From: Promethearchaeota archaeon
GTDB lineage: Archaea > Asgardarchaeota > Lokiarchaeia > Sigyniarchaeales > SOKP01
Direction: 5' to 3'
Assembly (NCBI GenBank): GCA_030606485.1
Contig: JAUWGH010000002.1
Span: forward strand, 390,001 to 422,000
Length of the DNA stretch: 32,000 bases
Both the position numbers and the translations under genes were made by a program. Every line of letters starts with the position of its first letter. The stretch's first letter is position 1. This document shows, piece by piece, positions 7,843-16,644 of this stretch. The notes beneath the pieces are model-generated. The model saw only the letters and a list, made by a program, of their open reading frames with translations, had not been told where the DNA came from and did not search any database.

Positions 7843-8194
7843 TAGTTATTCCTTTTTTAATCTCTCCTCCGCAAAAACGACAATAGAGTATTTTTTCACT
7901 ATATACTACGGGTGCTTTTGGGAGTTTTGTAGTTTGAGACACACTCTGAGCGCGTTTCCAATTAGGTGGATAACTAAGAATTCTCGTAGTCTTGATGGTT
8001 TTTTGATTACATCTATCACAACGTCCTCTTTTTAGATTTCTACTACAAGAATTGCAAATAACTCTCTCACAAGAGGGACATAAGCGAATTTCAACCCATG
8101 GATTTTTTTTTGCAATATCACGTCCACAAATATCACATGGCAGTGGGGTTTTCGGTTCTTTATTAACCTTAAAAAATTTTTTTATGAAAGACAT
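7805..8194 (-). CDS. Zinc-finger protein: N-terminal 8-Cys domain (FYVE-like spacing) plus C-terminal zinc ribbon
   Basis: C-x2-C-x15-C-x2-C-x4-C-x2-C-x8-C-x2-C, then CRFC-x10-CPMC; starts 21 nt after the ESCRT-III stop on the same strand. Confidence 0.8.
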   Translation of the reverse strand: MSFIKKFFKVNKEPKTPLPCDICGRDIAKKNPWVEIRLCPSCERVICNSCSRNLKRGRCDRCNQKTIKTTRILSYPPNWKRAQSVSQTTKLPKAPVVYSEKILYCRFCGGEIKKGITICPMCGTEIESK

Positions 8195-8215
8195 TTTAAT
8201 ATTTTTAATTACATT

Positions 8216-8863
8216 TTAGTCGTCAGATTCTTTCAATTCTTTAAGCTCATTTTCTAAATCTTTAATTCTTTGATCCCCGCCCACTGTAGGGAGTTGTATT
8301 CCTGTTTCAACCGAAATTTCAGCATCAATTTCTCCTAATACATTCATAACATCTTCATTCGAAACACTTGTGTCAACATTGATATTTTCAATTCCATCTG
8401 CAGTAATTTCCTCAGTAACTTGAAAATCTTCGATTCCTATATCAATGTCTTTGATTGTTTCGGTTATTTCAGGAATAGATATCTGTGATTTTAATCCTGA
8501 AACGGAACCAGCTATTGCTTTCATAATTCCAGCAACATCTTTAATTGCGGAGGCTTGTTCTAACTTAAATTGCAATCCTTCAAGATTTAATTTAAAGGTT
8601 GAAATTCCTTTTGACCATTTTTTAAATTGTAAATAACCCCGGGCATGAACTTCAGCACCTTTCATATCTCCTTCTTTTCGAAATTTAACAGCTTTAGTTC
8701 TTGCTTGTTTTGCTTTCGCTTCAAGTTTTTTTGCTTGTCTCTCTAAGCGTTTGTTAAAGATTTTAAGTTTAACGGTAACGGATCGAACATCTCGATCTTT
8801 TGATCTACCACCACTTAACCAACCACTTACGTCTTTTAGAAAACCCAAAATGATTCTACTCAA
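8216..8863 (-). CDS. ESCRT-III protein, Vps2/24/46-like (Snf7 family)
   Basis: Helical Snf7-type core (basic N-terminal half, acidic C-terminal half), amphipathic N-terminus and MIM1-like tail (RIKDLENELKELKE); divergent from Vps4. Confidence 0.88.
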   Translation of the reverse strand: MSRIILGFLKDVSGWLSGGRSKDRDVRSVTVKLKIFNKRLERQAKKLEAKAKQARTKAVKFRKEGDMKGAEVHARGYLQFKKWSKGISTFKLNLEGLQFKLEQASAIKDVAGIMKAIAGSVSGLKSQISIPEITETIKDIDIGIEDFQVTEEITADGIENINVDTSVSNEDVMNVLGEIDAEISVETGIQLPTVGGDQRIKDLENELKELKESDD

Positions 8864-8918
8864 TTATTTTAAAATTAATCTTCTTAAAATTACTTAAGAA
8901 ATAAATATTTATTTTAAT

Positions 8919-8985
8919 ATATATCTTAAAAAATATTTAAGATATTTCAATCTATTTTTATTAGTAGATATATCTTAAAAAATAT
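8919..8985. promoter_or_regulatory. Repeated motif in the divergent ESCRT-III/Vps4 promoter (candidate operator)
   Basis: ATATATCTTAAAAAATAT at 8919-8936 and 8968-8985; inverted repeat ATATCTTAAA-N5-TTTAAGATAT at 8921-8945. Confidence 0.45.
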
Positions 8986-9008
8986 ATTCTGTTGTGAGTA
9001 AAAATTAA

Positions 9009-10226
9009 ATGAGCTCTTTAGATTCTAAGTTGTTTTCTTTTGCAATGAAAGAAGCAAAAGAAGCAGTTGAGTATGATAAAAAGGCTGAATATCAAAAAGC
9101 CATTAATAAATATAGTAGAGCAGCTGAAATATTAATTCAATTTGCAAAATACAATAAAAATCCAAGTTTGCAAAAACTATGCCAAGAAAAAATTCACGAA
9201 TATGTCTCCCGTGCTAAGACATTAAAAAGAAGTTTGAAACCTTATAAAAAAGGAAGGATTTCAACTCGTAAGAGAGTAACTAAAAAGGGAAAAGATTCAG
9301 AAGAAATCGAAGAAGAGGAGATTTTAACCAAAGAGCAACAAGAACTTAGAGAAGTTATTTCAGGAACAATCATCACCGAATTACCTGATATTCGATGGGA
9401 CGATATTGCAGGATTAGTGGAATGTAAACAATCTCTTAGAGAAGCAATAGTTTTGCCTATAATGAGACCAGAATTATTTACCGGTGCTAGAAAGCCATGG
9501 TCTGGTATTCTTTTATATGGTCCTCCAGGTTGCGGAAAAACTCTCCTTGCTCAAGCGGCAGCAACAGAATGCGATGCAACTTTTTTTAGCGCATCAGCAG
9601 CTGAATTATTATCAAAATGGCTTGGGGAAAGTGAGAAATTAATTAGCTCATTATTTAAATTAGCAAGACTTGAAGCACCAAGCATCATATTTTTTGATGA
9701 AATTGATTCTATTACGACTTCGAGGGGATATGGATCGGAGAGTGGTGGAGAGAGAAGAATCAAAACTCAATTATTAGGTGAAATTCAAGGTCTTAAATCA
9801 AGGACTGAAAAATTACTTTTAATTTTAGGTGCGACAAATCGACCTTGGGATATTGATACAGCAATGTTGCGAAGATTTGAGAAAAAAATTTATGTCCCTC
9901 TCCCAGACGAAGAAGCGAGAGAAGTGATTTTTAAAATACATACAGCTGGGGTAAATCTCTCACTTACAGATAATGATTTTAGAGAACTTGGAGAAAAAAC
10001 TGCGGGATATTCTGGATCTGATATTGCAAATGTTTGTAGAGAAGTGATTATGAGACCGATAAGAGAGTTAGATATGAGTGGAAAAATAACTGCCGAAGCA
10101 GAGGAAATTATCGTTAGAGATGTAAATATAGAAGATTTTAACAAAACACTTAAAAAAATAAAACCAATTGTATCTGAAAAAGAAATAAAGAGATACCATG
10201 AGTGGTTTGAACAATTTGGTGAATGA
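9009..10226 (+). CDS. vps4: Vps4-like AAA+ ATPase with N-terminal MIT domain
   Basis: MIT-like helices (AVEYDKKAEYQKAINKYSRAAEIL), GPPGCGKT Walker A, IIFFDEID Walker B, GATNRPWDID...RRFEK and GYSGSDI. Confidence 0.93.
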   Translation: MSSLDSKLFSFAMKEAKEAVEYDKKAEYQKAINKYSRAAEILIQFAKYNKNPSLQKLCQEKIHEYVSRAKTLKRSLKPYKKGRISTRKRVTKKGKDSEEIEEEEILTKEQQELREVISGTIITELPDIRWDDIAGLVECKQSLREAIVLPIMRPELFTGARKPWSGILLYGPPGCGKTLLAQAAATECDATFFSASAAELLSKWLGESEKLISSLFKLARLEAPSIIFFDEIDSITTSRGYGSESGGERRIKTQLLGEIQGLKSRTEKLLLILGATNRPWDIDTAMLRRFEKKIYVPLPDEEAREVIFKIHTAGVNLSLTDNDFRELGEKTAGYSGSDIANVCREVIMRPIRELDMSGKITAEAEEIIVRDVNIEDFNKTLKKIKPIVSEKEIKRYHEWFEQFGE

Positions 10227-10255
10227 TAAATAGTAATTAGGTGCATCCTTGAACG

Positions 10256-11137
10256 ATGGAAAGACAAAAAGCTAAAGAAGTCCCAAAAGAAGAAATTGCT
10301 GTATCAGATGAAAAAATTGAAGAACTAAGGAAAGAATTAGAAGATCTAAGAAAAAAAAAAGAAATAAAATTACAAGCAGAACAAAAAAAGGTAAAGGAAA
10401 AAGTAGAACCAACAATTTCCATCGATTTAGATGATATAGAAAAAAGATTAGATGCTATTGAAGAATTTCTTGAAGAAAAATCTCAAGCAACCGAGGTTAT
10501 AATTAAAGCAAAAGATTTGGATGAGATTGAGAAAGAACTTCAGTCTATCGAAAGCGAAATTGTAATTGAACCAAAGGTTATAGAAAAGGAATTAACTTCT
10601 TATGAAATATTAATTAAAGAGCATACATGGCTTGAAGAAGCTAGATATGAATATATGTTTTCTGCTCCAGATACAAAGAAAAATGCTAAAGATTATCAAT
10701 CTTGGTTAATTGAGTGGAGCCAAGTAATTTATGATTATGCCCGAATATCGATATTGCACGTTCTCTATATTAGAAAATTAAATGCTGAGAAACCATTTTC
10801 TAAACTACGCAATAGAGATGGCGCAATCGCTGCAATAGCTCAAAAATTAGTGGATCAAAATATTGGAGTATGGTTAAATAAAAAAAAAAAAGAAACATTA
10901 AGAATTTATTGGAAAACTTTAGATGAGTGGGCAGAAGAAATACTTAATTGGGCACGGGAAAACGGTAAATTAGAACCAATTCTAACTTTTGAAATTCGCG
11001 AGTCTGGGGAACTTTTTGCAGATTTGCCCAAAAGGGATTTAACACGAATATTTAAAAGATTAGAAAAAGAAGGCAAAGGAGAAGTAATTAAATCTGAAGA
11101 AGGAGATATTACTTTTAAAATAAATTTGAATTATTAA
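10256..11137 (+). CDS. vps25: ESCRT-II Vps25 (EAP20)-like protein with acidic helical N-terminal extension
   Basis: C-terminal tandem winged-helix pattern (QSWLIEWSQVI, YWKTLDEWAEEILNWARENG, IFKRLEKEGKG); directly after Vps4. Confidence 0.75.
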   Translation: MERQKAKEVPKEEIAVSDEKIEELRKELEDLRKKKEIKLQAEQKKVKEKVEPTISIDLDDIEKRLDAIEEFLEEKSQATEVIIKAKDLDEIEKELQSIESEIVIEPKVIEKELTSYEILIKEHTWLEEARYEYMFSAPDTKKNAKDYQSWLIEWSQVIYDYARISILHVLYIRKLNAEKPFSKLRNRDGAIAAIAQKLVDQNIGVWLNKKKKETLRIYWKTLDEWAEEILNWARENGKLEPILTFEIRESGELFADLPKRDLTRIFKRLEKEGKGEVIKSEEGDITFKINLNY

Positions 11138-11206
11138 ATTTTAATTGAAATTCTTTTTTATAAATGCTTATTTGATTTACCTTAATTTTCAGATTCAGAA
11201 AAAACT

Positions 11207-11761
11207 TTATTTATTTGCTTCTTTCATGATATAGTGAAAGATACAGCGTTTCTTACCTGTAGCCTGACGCTCTTTTAGGATGAGCTTTATATCTGGGTTG
11301 TATCCTTCAAGGATACAATAGTCCACATATTTGCAATAGATTTTGGCATAATCACCTAAACCCCAATCTTCAGCGCCATTATAAAAAGTGCAATTTTTCA
11401 CTTTTATAATAAAATCACTGTCTTCTATGCTCGCTATTGGTTTAAAGTTTTTTATTGAATCTATGTCTGAATATATTAACCAGTTCTTGAATGTTAAGGG
11501 TTTCCCCTCTGCTCTTACCCTTTCAGCAATTCTTTTTCCCCTTTCCCTTCCAAAATATTCCACAGCCTCCTTAAGGAGCGCCTCGCCATCTTCAGGTCCT
11601 AGCTTCTCGATTATAAATTTGGCAACACTAGAAAACAACTGAGAGGCTAAACCAAATCCCGGTGTCTGATATTTATCTCCAATCTCTATTTTTTGGGGGA
11701 GAACATCATCTAAATATTCGAAATCAAAACCTTTTTCATTTTCTCTTTTTAAATCATCCAT
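11207..11761 (-). CDS. L-2-amino-thiazoline-4-carboxylic acid hydrolase-like (V4R/HNOX-clan) protein
   Basis: AVEYFGRERG, VKNCTFY, YCKYVD...GYNPD and a late Cys (KRCIFHY). Confidence 0.75.
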   Translation of the reverse strand: MDDLKRENEKGFDFEYLDDVLPQKIEIGDKYQTPGFGLASQLFSSVAKFIIEKLGPEDGEALLKEAVEYFGRERGKRIAERVRAEGKPLTFKNWLIYSDIDSIKNFKPIASIEDSDFIIKVKNCTFYNGAEDWGLGDYAKIYCKYVDYCILEGYNPDIKLILKERQATGKKRCIFHYIMKEANK

Positions 11762-11873
11762 TTCTTTTCAACATTATATTAGAAAACTTTATATAATTAA
11801 TTAATGCAAAAATAAGTTATTTTCTTCCATCTTCTCTGCGTTTCTCTAAATTAGGGGTATTTCCTTTATTGAA

Positions 11874-12590
11874 CTAAGAGATCGAAGGAAAATACCACTT
11901 CTTTCCTCTTAAGTATGACTCATCTTTTTTGGCAAAACCACTGGCTTCTAAAGAATTTAATGCCCTCAATGCTCTTTCTTGAGACCATGATAATTCTGAG
12001 CATGCATCTTCTAAAGAAATAAAACCCTTTTCTGAAGCTAATGAAATTACTTTTGCCTCATCATCGGTATGTTGAATGGAGAAAAATCTAACTTCAATAA
12101 CTCCATCATCAAGCTCCCGAATATTAGGAATTACTTTCCTTTTCTTTAAAAGATACATAGCTTTAATTACATCTTCAATCTCTAAATGATTCATGAGAAT
12201 ACCTGTATTCACAATTTCAAATACGTCAGAGATCGGCATAATACCTCCAGTTTCTTCTTTTTCCATTAAAACTCTTTGGTATGCTAACATACCTAATTTT
12301 TCATGATCAATTTTTCTCTTTTTTCTTAAGACGTCTATTTCTTCAATTCTTTCAGTAATAATTCGCGAAGTAGGAATATCAAATTTCCTCTGTAGTTCTT
12401 TAATTTCATCTCTTAATTCAGGATCTAAAGCAAGAATTACTCCGTGTTTGATTGCAATTTCTCTTATTTTGTCTTTGGCAAATTCTCTTGTTTTTGCTTC
12501 TTCTTCAAGTTCTTTTTGCTTTAACTCAATGCCCTTCCTCTTCATTGCTTCTTTTAGATCAATATCATCCTCTATTTTGCGAATCCCCAT
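11874..12590 (-). CDS. vps22: ESCRT-II Vps22 (EAP30)/Vps36-like winged-helix protein
   Basis: GGIMPISDV, LSWSQERALRALNSLEASG and terminal WYFPSI; ATG 12590 follows a GGAG SD (track start 12617). Confidence 0.8.
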   Translation of the reverse strand: MGIRKIEDDIDLKEAMKRKGIELKQKELEEEAKTREFAKDKIREIAIKHGVILALDPELRDEIKELQRKFDIPTSRIITERIEEIDVLRKKRKIDHEKLGMLAYQRVLMEKEETGGIMPISDVFEIVNTGILMNHLEIEDVIKAMYLLKKRKVIPNIRELDDGVIEVRFFSIQHTDDEAKVISLASEKGFISLEDACSELSWSQERALRALNSLEASGFAKKDESYLRGKKWYFPSIS

Positions 12591-12695
12591 ATAGTTCTCC
12601 GACTTTTTTATATGCACTTACTTTTATTTTTTAATATTATAATTATTAAATAATAACAAGATTATATTTTTTTTTCGCTTTATTAATTTAAGATA

Positions 12696-13280
12696 ATGCC
12701 CAATTATGAAGAAATTTTTCGAAAAGCAAATGAAAATGAAAAAAGAATTGTTAAAGATTCTCTATATCATATCTCAAACAAGATTTGGAAATATATTCTT
12801 GAAGAGGAATATGAAATTTATATTAAAATCTCAGAATCAAGGCAAAATAAAAACACTCTTGAATTGTTTCTAATTCCCCAACAATTAGAGTCAGAAATTA
12901 ATAAAATCAAAAAACTCGCAGCAATAAAATTTTCGGGAATTCCATTGGGGTTTATTAAAAATAAGCGATTGTTTTTAAGTTTAGAAGCGGCTGAATTATT
13001 TTTCAATTTGCACAAAATAGATCCTAGGAATATTTTAATCCTTAATGAAAATGGTGAAAAATCTGTACTATATGGAAATCCAATAAAAAAAGCCATGATT
13101 TTAAATATTTCGTCAGAAATTCGGACAAATAAGATGGTTTTTTTGATCAATAAAAGTCAAGAGTTTCTCGGCCTTGGATTATTAAAGGTTAATTACGAGA
13201 ATTTTAGAAAATTAAATAATAAAGATAATGTTGCATTAAATTTGGTTGATAAGGGTTCTTATTTGAGAAGAGATCAATAA
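12696..13280 (+). CDS. NIP7-like ribosome biogenesis protein (PUA domain)
   Basis: GEKSVLYGNPI, FLGLG and LVDKGSYLR motifs; next to a NOP2/RsmB-family gene. Confidence 0.75.
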   Translation: MPNYEEIFRKANENEKRIVKDSLYHISNKIWKYILEEEYEIYIKISESRQNKNTLELFLIPQQLESEINKIKKLAAIKFSGIPLGFIKNKRLFLSLEAAELFFNLHKIDPRNILILNENGEKSVLYGNPIKKAMILNISSEIRTNKMVFLINKSQEFLGLGLLKVNYENFRKLNNKDNVALNLVDKGSYLRRDQ

Positions 13281-13321
13281 TTACAAGAAGATTTAGAAAT
13301 TAGAATTAGTGTAGTAGGTGT

Positions 13322-13501
13322 ATGAAAATTTTAAGAGAAGAAGATATTGAAAGAATAAAAAGTGAGGTTGAGCTAGAATTTTAAAACGATTTCGCATTAC
13401 AACAAATCCATATTGCCAGGAAAATTATTACTAAAGAAGCGGAGATGAAGGGATTAAGTTATCTTGATTATATCAAGTTATTAACTAAAGATAAATCTTA
13501 A
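13322..13501 (+). pseudogene. Small helical protein (59 codons) with in-frame TAA at 13382-13384
   Basis: MKILREEDIERIKSEVELEF*NDFALQQIHIARKIITKEAEMKGLSYLDYIKLL; AGGTG upstream; protein-like on both sides of the stop. Confidence 0.55.
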
Positions 13502-14442
13502 ATTCGTTCTAATAGACAGTAAAAAAATCCCTCAGAATCGTGTATGTGAGGATACAACTTTTGAGAATATTTTGTATCAGGATGAAAAATATATTTTTCA
13601 AATTTTTCTAGACCAGGTACTCCAATTTGGTCTTTTATTTTTAAAATTCTTACTCCAACATATTGATTTAAAACGTCATTTAAAACCATTTCATTTTCTT
13701 CAGGTGCAATTGAGCAAGTGCTATATACCAGATGGCCTCCCTTCTTAAGGGAATCCAAACCTGAAATTAATAATTTAGATTGAATTTTACTTAACTTCTT
13801 AATGTCTTCTAATGTTCGACTTGTCTTTCTTTTAGGATCTCGGCGTATTAGACCTTCTCCAGTGCATGGCGCATCCAATAAGATTTTATCCGCCTTGATA
13901 TCCATTTTTGGTAAATCTATAGCGTCTTGATTAATAACAATAGAATTATAAACTCCTAATCGTGATAGGTTAATTTTCAATGCAGGAATCCGATTAACAT
14001 TTTTGTCTATTAAGATTAGTTTTCCTTTATTTTCCATCAATTGAGAAATTTGAGTAGATTTACTACCCGGAGCAGCACACATATCAATAACTGTTTCTCC
14101 CGGTTTAGGGTCTAATACATGGCAAGGAACCATTGAAGAAAAACTTTGTAAATAGTAATAACCCTGCAAAAATTCATGCAGTGAGCCTAAATTCATTGGA
14201 CTTTTAATTACTTTAAATCCATAGGGTATCCAAGAGAGAGGCTCCAAAACAAATCCTTTTTTTTGAAGCCTATTGAGTAAATCATCAATCTTTATTTTCA
14301 ATGTATTAATTCTTATCGTTGGAATAAGAGGTATCTCATTAGCTTCAAGTAATTTTAAAGTTTCTTCTTTACCCAAAAATTTTATGTACCTTTCAATCAT
14401 ATAGGGTAAATAACCATATTTCTTTGCAATTGAAATAATCAT
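13498..14442 (-). CDS. NOL1/NOP2/Sun (RsmB) family RNA m5C methyltransferase
   Basis: DMCAAPGSKST, ILLDAPCTGEG and YSTCSIAPEENE motifs. Confidence 0.95.
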   Translation of the reverse strand: MIISIAKKYGYLPYMIERYIKFLGKEETLKLLEANEIPLIPTIRINTLKIKIDDLLNRLQKKGFVLEPLSWIPYGFKVIKSPMNLGSLHEFLQGYYYLQSFSSMVPCHVLDPKPGETVIDMCAAPGSKSTQISQLMENKGKLILIDKNVNRIPALKINLSRLGVYNSIVINQDAIDLPKMDIKADKILLDAPCTGEGLIRRDPKRKTSRTLEDIKKLSKIQSKLLISGLDSLKKGGHLVYSTCSIAPEENEMVLNDVLNQYVGVRILKIKDQIGVPGLEKFEKYIFHPDTKYSQKLYPHIHDSEGFFYCLLERI

Positions 14443-14514
14443 GATCTAATCAAGTCTAAATCTTATTAACAAATAAAAATAAGATGTGGGAAAGAAAAAA
14501 TTTTATCTATTATT

Positions 14515-15828
14515 TTAACACTTATTCTTTTTGATTTTATTACGAGCACTCGGTAAATATTTTTTTATCTTTTTAATCCAGCCTAAGGGGATTTTTGTAT
14601 TTTCGAAAATCGTTTTATTATCTGCTTCTTCTAATTGATCGAAATAAAAATAGCCATTTTTAATAAATTGAGCTAATCTCTTAGTACCAAGATACTTTAT
14701 ACAATCTTTATATTTCCTTAAACTTAGCGTATGAATCAATTTTTCCGCCTGAGCCGGGAAATGGGAAATATACCATTTAAGATTTTTATCAGTAATTTCA
14801 ATATAATCTTTTCCCAGTTGTTCGTCAGTATAAATATTAAAACCCAATCGTGCCAAGTTTTCTCTAATTGTGGGAATATTTACATTTAATTTTTTTCTCA
14901 ATTGAGTTATATCATATTTTTTTTCAATTGATGAAAGCTCATTAATGAATTTAAATATAAATTTAGTTTCAGGAGAACTTTCGATATTATTTTGAAAAAA
15001 TTGAATTTCATTCTTAGAGTTTAAATAATACTCCTCTAATTCCCGATATTCATCAAATTCACTTGCAATCATTTGAAGGATATTTTTGATTTGACTCCTT
15101 TTTAAAACTCTAGATTCTTCTAATTCTTCAAACTCACTATCGATATTTTGAATTAAGGTTTTTATTTTTTGTTGAATATCTTCAATTCCATTATTTATTT
15201 TTTCTATACAATCATAAAGTTCATTTTTTGAAATAGAGTAAAGCCCATCTTCTTCTATTTTTTTATTTTGAAAAATAGATGAGAAATGTTTAGAGAAAAA
15301 ATCTTTACCCAAAACCAGTTGAGATATATTTTCATTTTCATTCTTTTTTAATTCAATATCTAATCCAATTTCAGATGACTCATATTGTTTAATCCTTTGG
15401 TTAAATGTATCTATGTTATTTACACTAAAAGTCCCTAAGATTAAATTAAATTCACCTTGATTGAGATCGATAATATGATGATCTTCAACTATAGGAAGAT
15501 TATTACTCCTTTCGATTAGAATGTTATATATCTTTCTTAATAAAATCATAAGGGGTAAAGTTTTGAAGCCATCGATTTTGATCTCATCATTATAAACACC
15601 ATCCCATAACTCTTTATTTAAACTGAAATCAAAATTTATTCCTTCTAATTTTTCTATATTTTTTTGAAGTTCAAGTGAAATATTTTGAAATTTTTTTAAG
15701 TTTTCTCCTAATTCTTGTATCTGTGCACCCAAATTATGATTTAATAAATCCTTATCTACAAGAAATTTTTCTACTTCTTTAAATTCCATAAAAAAATAGT
15801 CTAAATATTCGGTTTCCATAAAAATCAA
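14515..15828 (-). CDS. Hypothetical helical/coiled-coil protein, possible C-terminal helix-hairpin-helix
   Basis: Long ORF with no recognised catalytic motif. Confidence 0.7.
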   Translation of the reverse strand: MIFMETEYLDYFFMEFKEVEKFLVDKDLLNHNLGAQIQELGENLKKFQNISLELQKNIEKLEGINFDFSLNKELWDGVYNDEIKIDGFKTLPLMILLRKIYNILIERSNNLPIVEDHHIIDLNQGEFNLILGTFSVNNIDTFNQRIKQYESSEIGLDIELKKNENENISQLVLGKDFFSKHFSSIFQNKKIEEDGLYSISKNELYDCIEKINNGIEDIQQKIKTLIQNIDSEFEELEESRVLKRSQIKNILQMIASEFDEYRELEEYYLNSKNEIQFFQNNIESSPETKFIFKFINELSSIEKKYDITQLRKKLNVNIPTIRENLARLGFNIYTDEQLGKDYIEITDKNLKWYISHFPAQAEKLIHTLSLRKYKDCIKYLGTKRLAQFIKNGYFYFDQLEEADNKTIFENTKIPLGWIKKIKKYLPSARNKIKKNKC

Positions 15829-16010
15829 ATAAGTTTTTTCTATTATTTTTACATATTATTCACATTCAGAAATTTTTATTGATATATTACGTGAATATTT
15901 TACATTTGAACAAAATACAAATAGTAGTATTTTATTAGTTTTATTATTAGTTATGAACTTAACTCAATACATAATAGTTTTTATCAAGATAGAATTTAGG
16001 CAATTTATCA

Positions 16011-16604
16011 ATGTTTGAAGTAGAAATAAAAGTATTGTTGGAAAATAAAGAAAAAATTAAAAAAAAGTTAATTTTAATGGGTGGAAAATATATTCATTCA
16101 CTTGAACATGAAGATACTTATTTTAATATGCCTAAAAAACTTAGAAACTTTTATAGAACTGATGAGGCATTAAGAATAAGAAAATCTATTGAATTTAATG
16201 CAAATAAAATTGAAGAAAAAAGAATTTTTGAATTTTTAACATATAAGGGACCAAAAGTTGATGATTTAACAAAAACGAGGAAAGAAATAGATTTTAAAGT
16301 GGAAGATGGAGAAAAATTAAAGGAGATTTTAAAAATCTTAGGCTTTAGAGAAGTATATACTATAAAAAAAGAAAGAGAACTTTTCGAAATTGAATACTAT
16401 TCAGAAAAATTTGAGATATTATTTGACTATTTACCTGTATTAAATCAAAATTTTATGGAAATCGAATGCCAAACTGAAAAGAAAAATGAAATAGCTCTAA
16501 AGAGGGATAAAATTTTTAAATTTTTAAAAAAATTAGATATAAGTAAGGACAAATCAATTAGGAAATCATATTTGGAACTAGTTCTTGAAAAATTATTTAA
16601 ATAA
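16011..16604 (+). CDS. cyaB: Class IV adenylate cyclase/CYTH-domain protein
   Basis: N-terminal EVEIK (ExExK), DTYF, ALRIR, TYKGPK, RKE and RKSYLEL motifs. Confidence 0.9.
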   Translation: MFEVEIKVLLENKEKIKKKLILMGGKYIHSLEHEDTYFNMPKKLRNFYRTDEALRIRKSIEFNANKIEEKRIFEFLTYKGPKVDDLTKTRKEIDFKVEDGEKLKEILKILGFREVYTIKKERELFEIEYYSEKFEILFDYLPVLNQNFMEIECQTEKKNEIALKRDKIFKFLKKLDISKDKSIRKSYLELVLEKLFK

Positions 16605-16644
16605 ATCAAACTATTTTTAATAAACTATATAGATGAGAATTACA

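Noticed and set aside
966-13384. Possible stop-codon reassignment suggested by in-frame stops at 966 (TAA), 1742 (TGA) and 13382 (TAA)
   Set aside because: Two different codons are involved, they are confined to accessory genes, and TAA and TGA terminate the conserved genes normally. Decay or sequencing error is more parsimonious.
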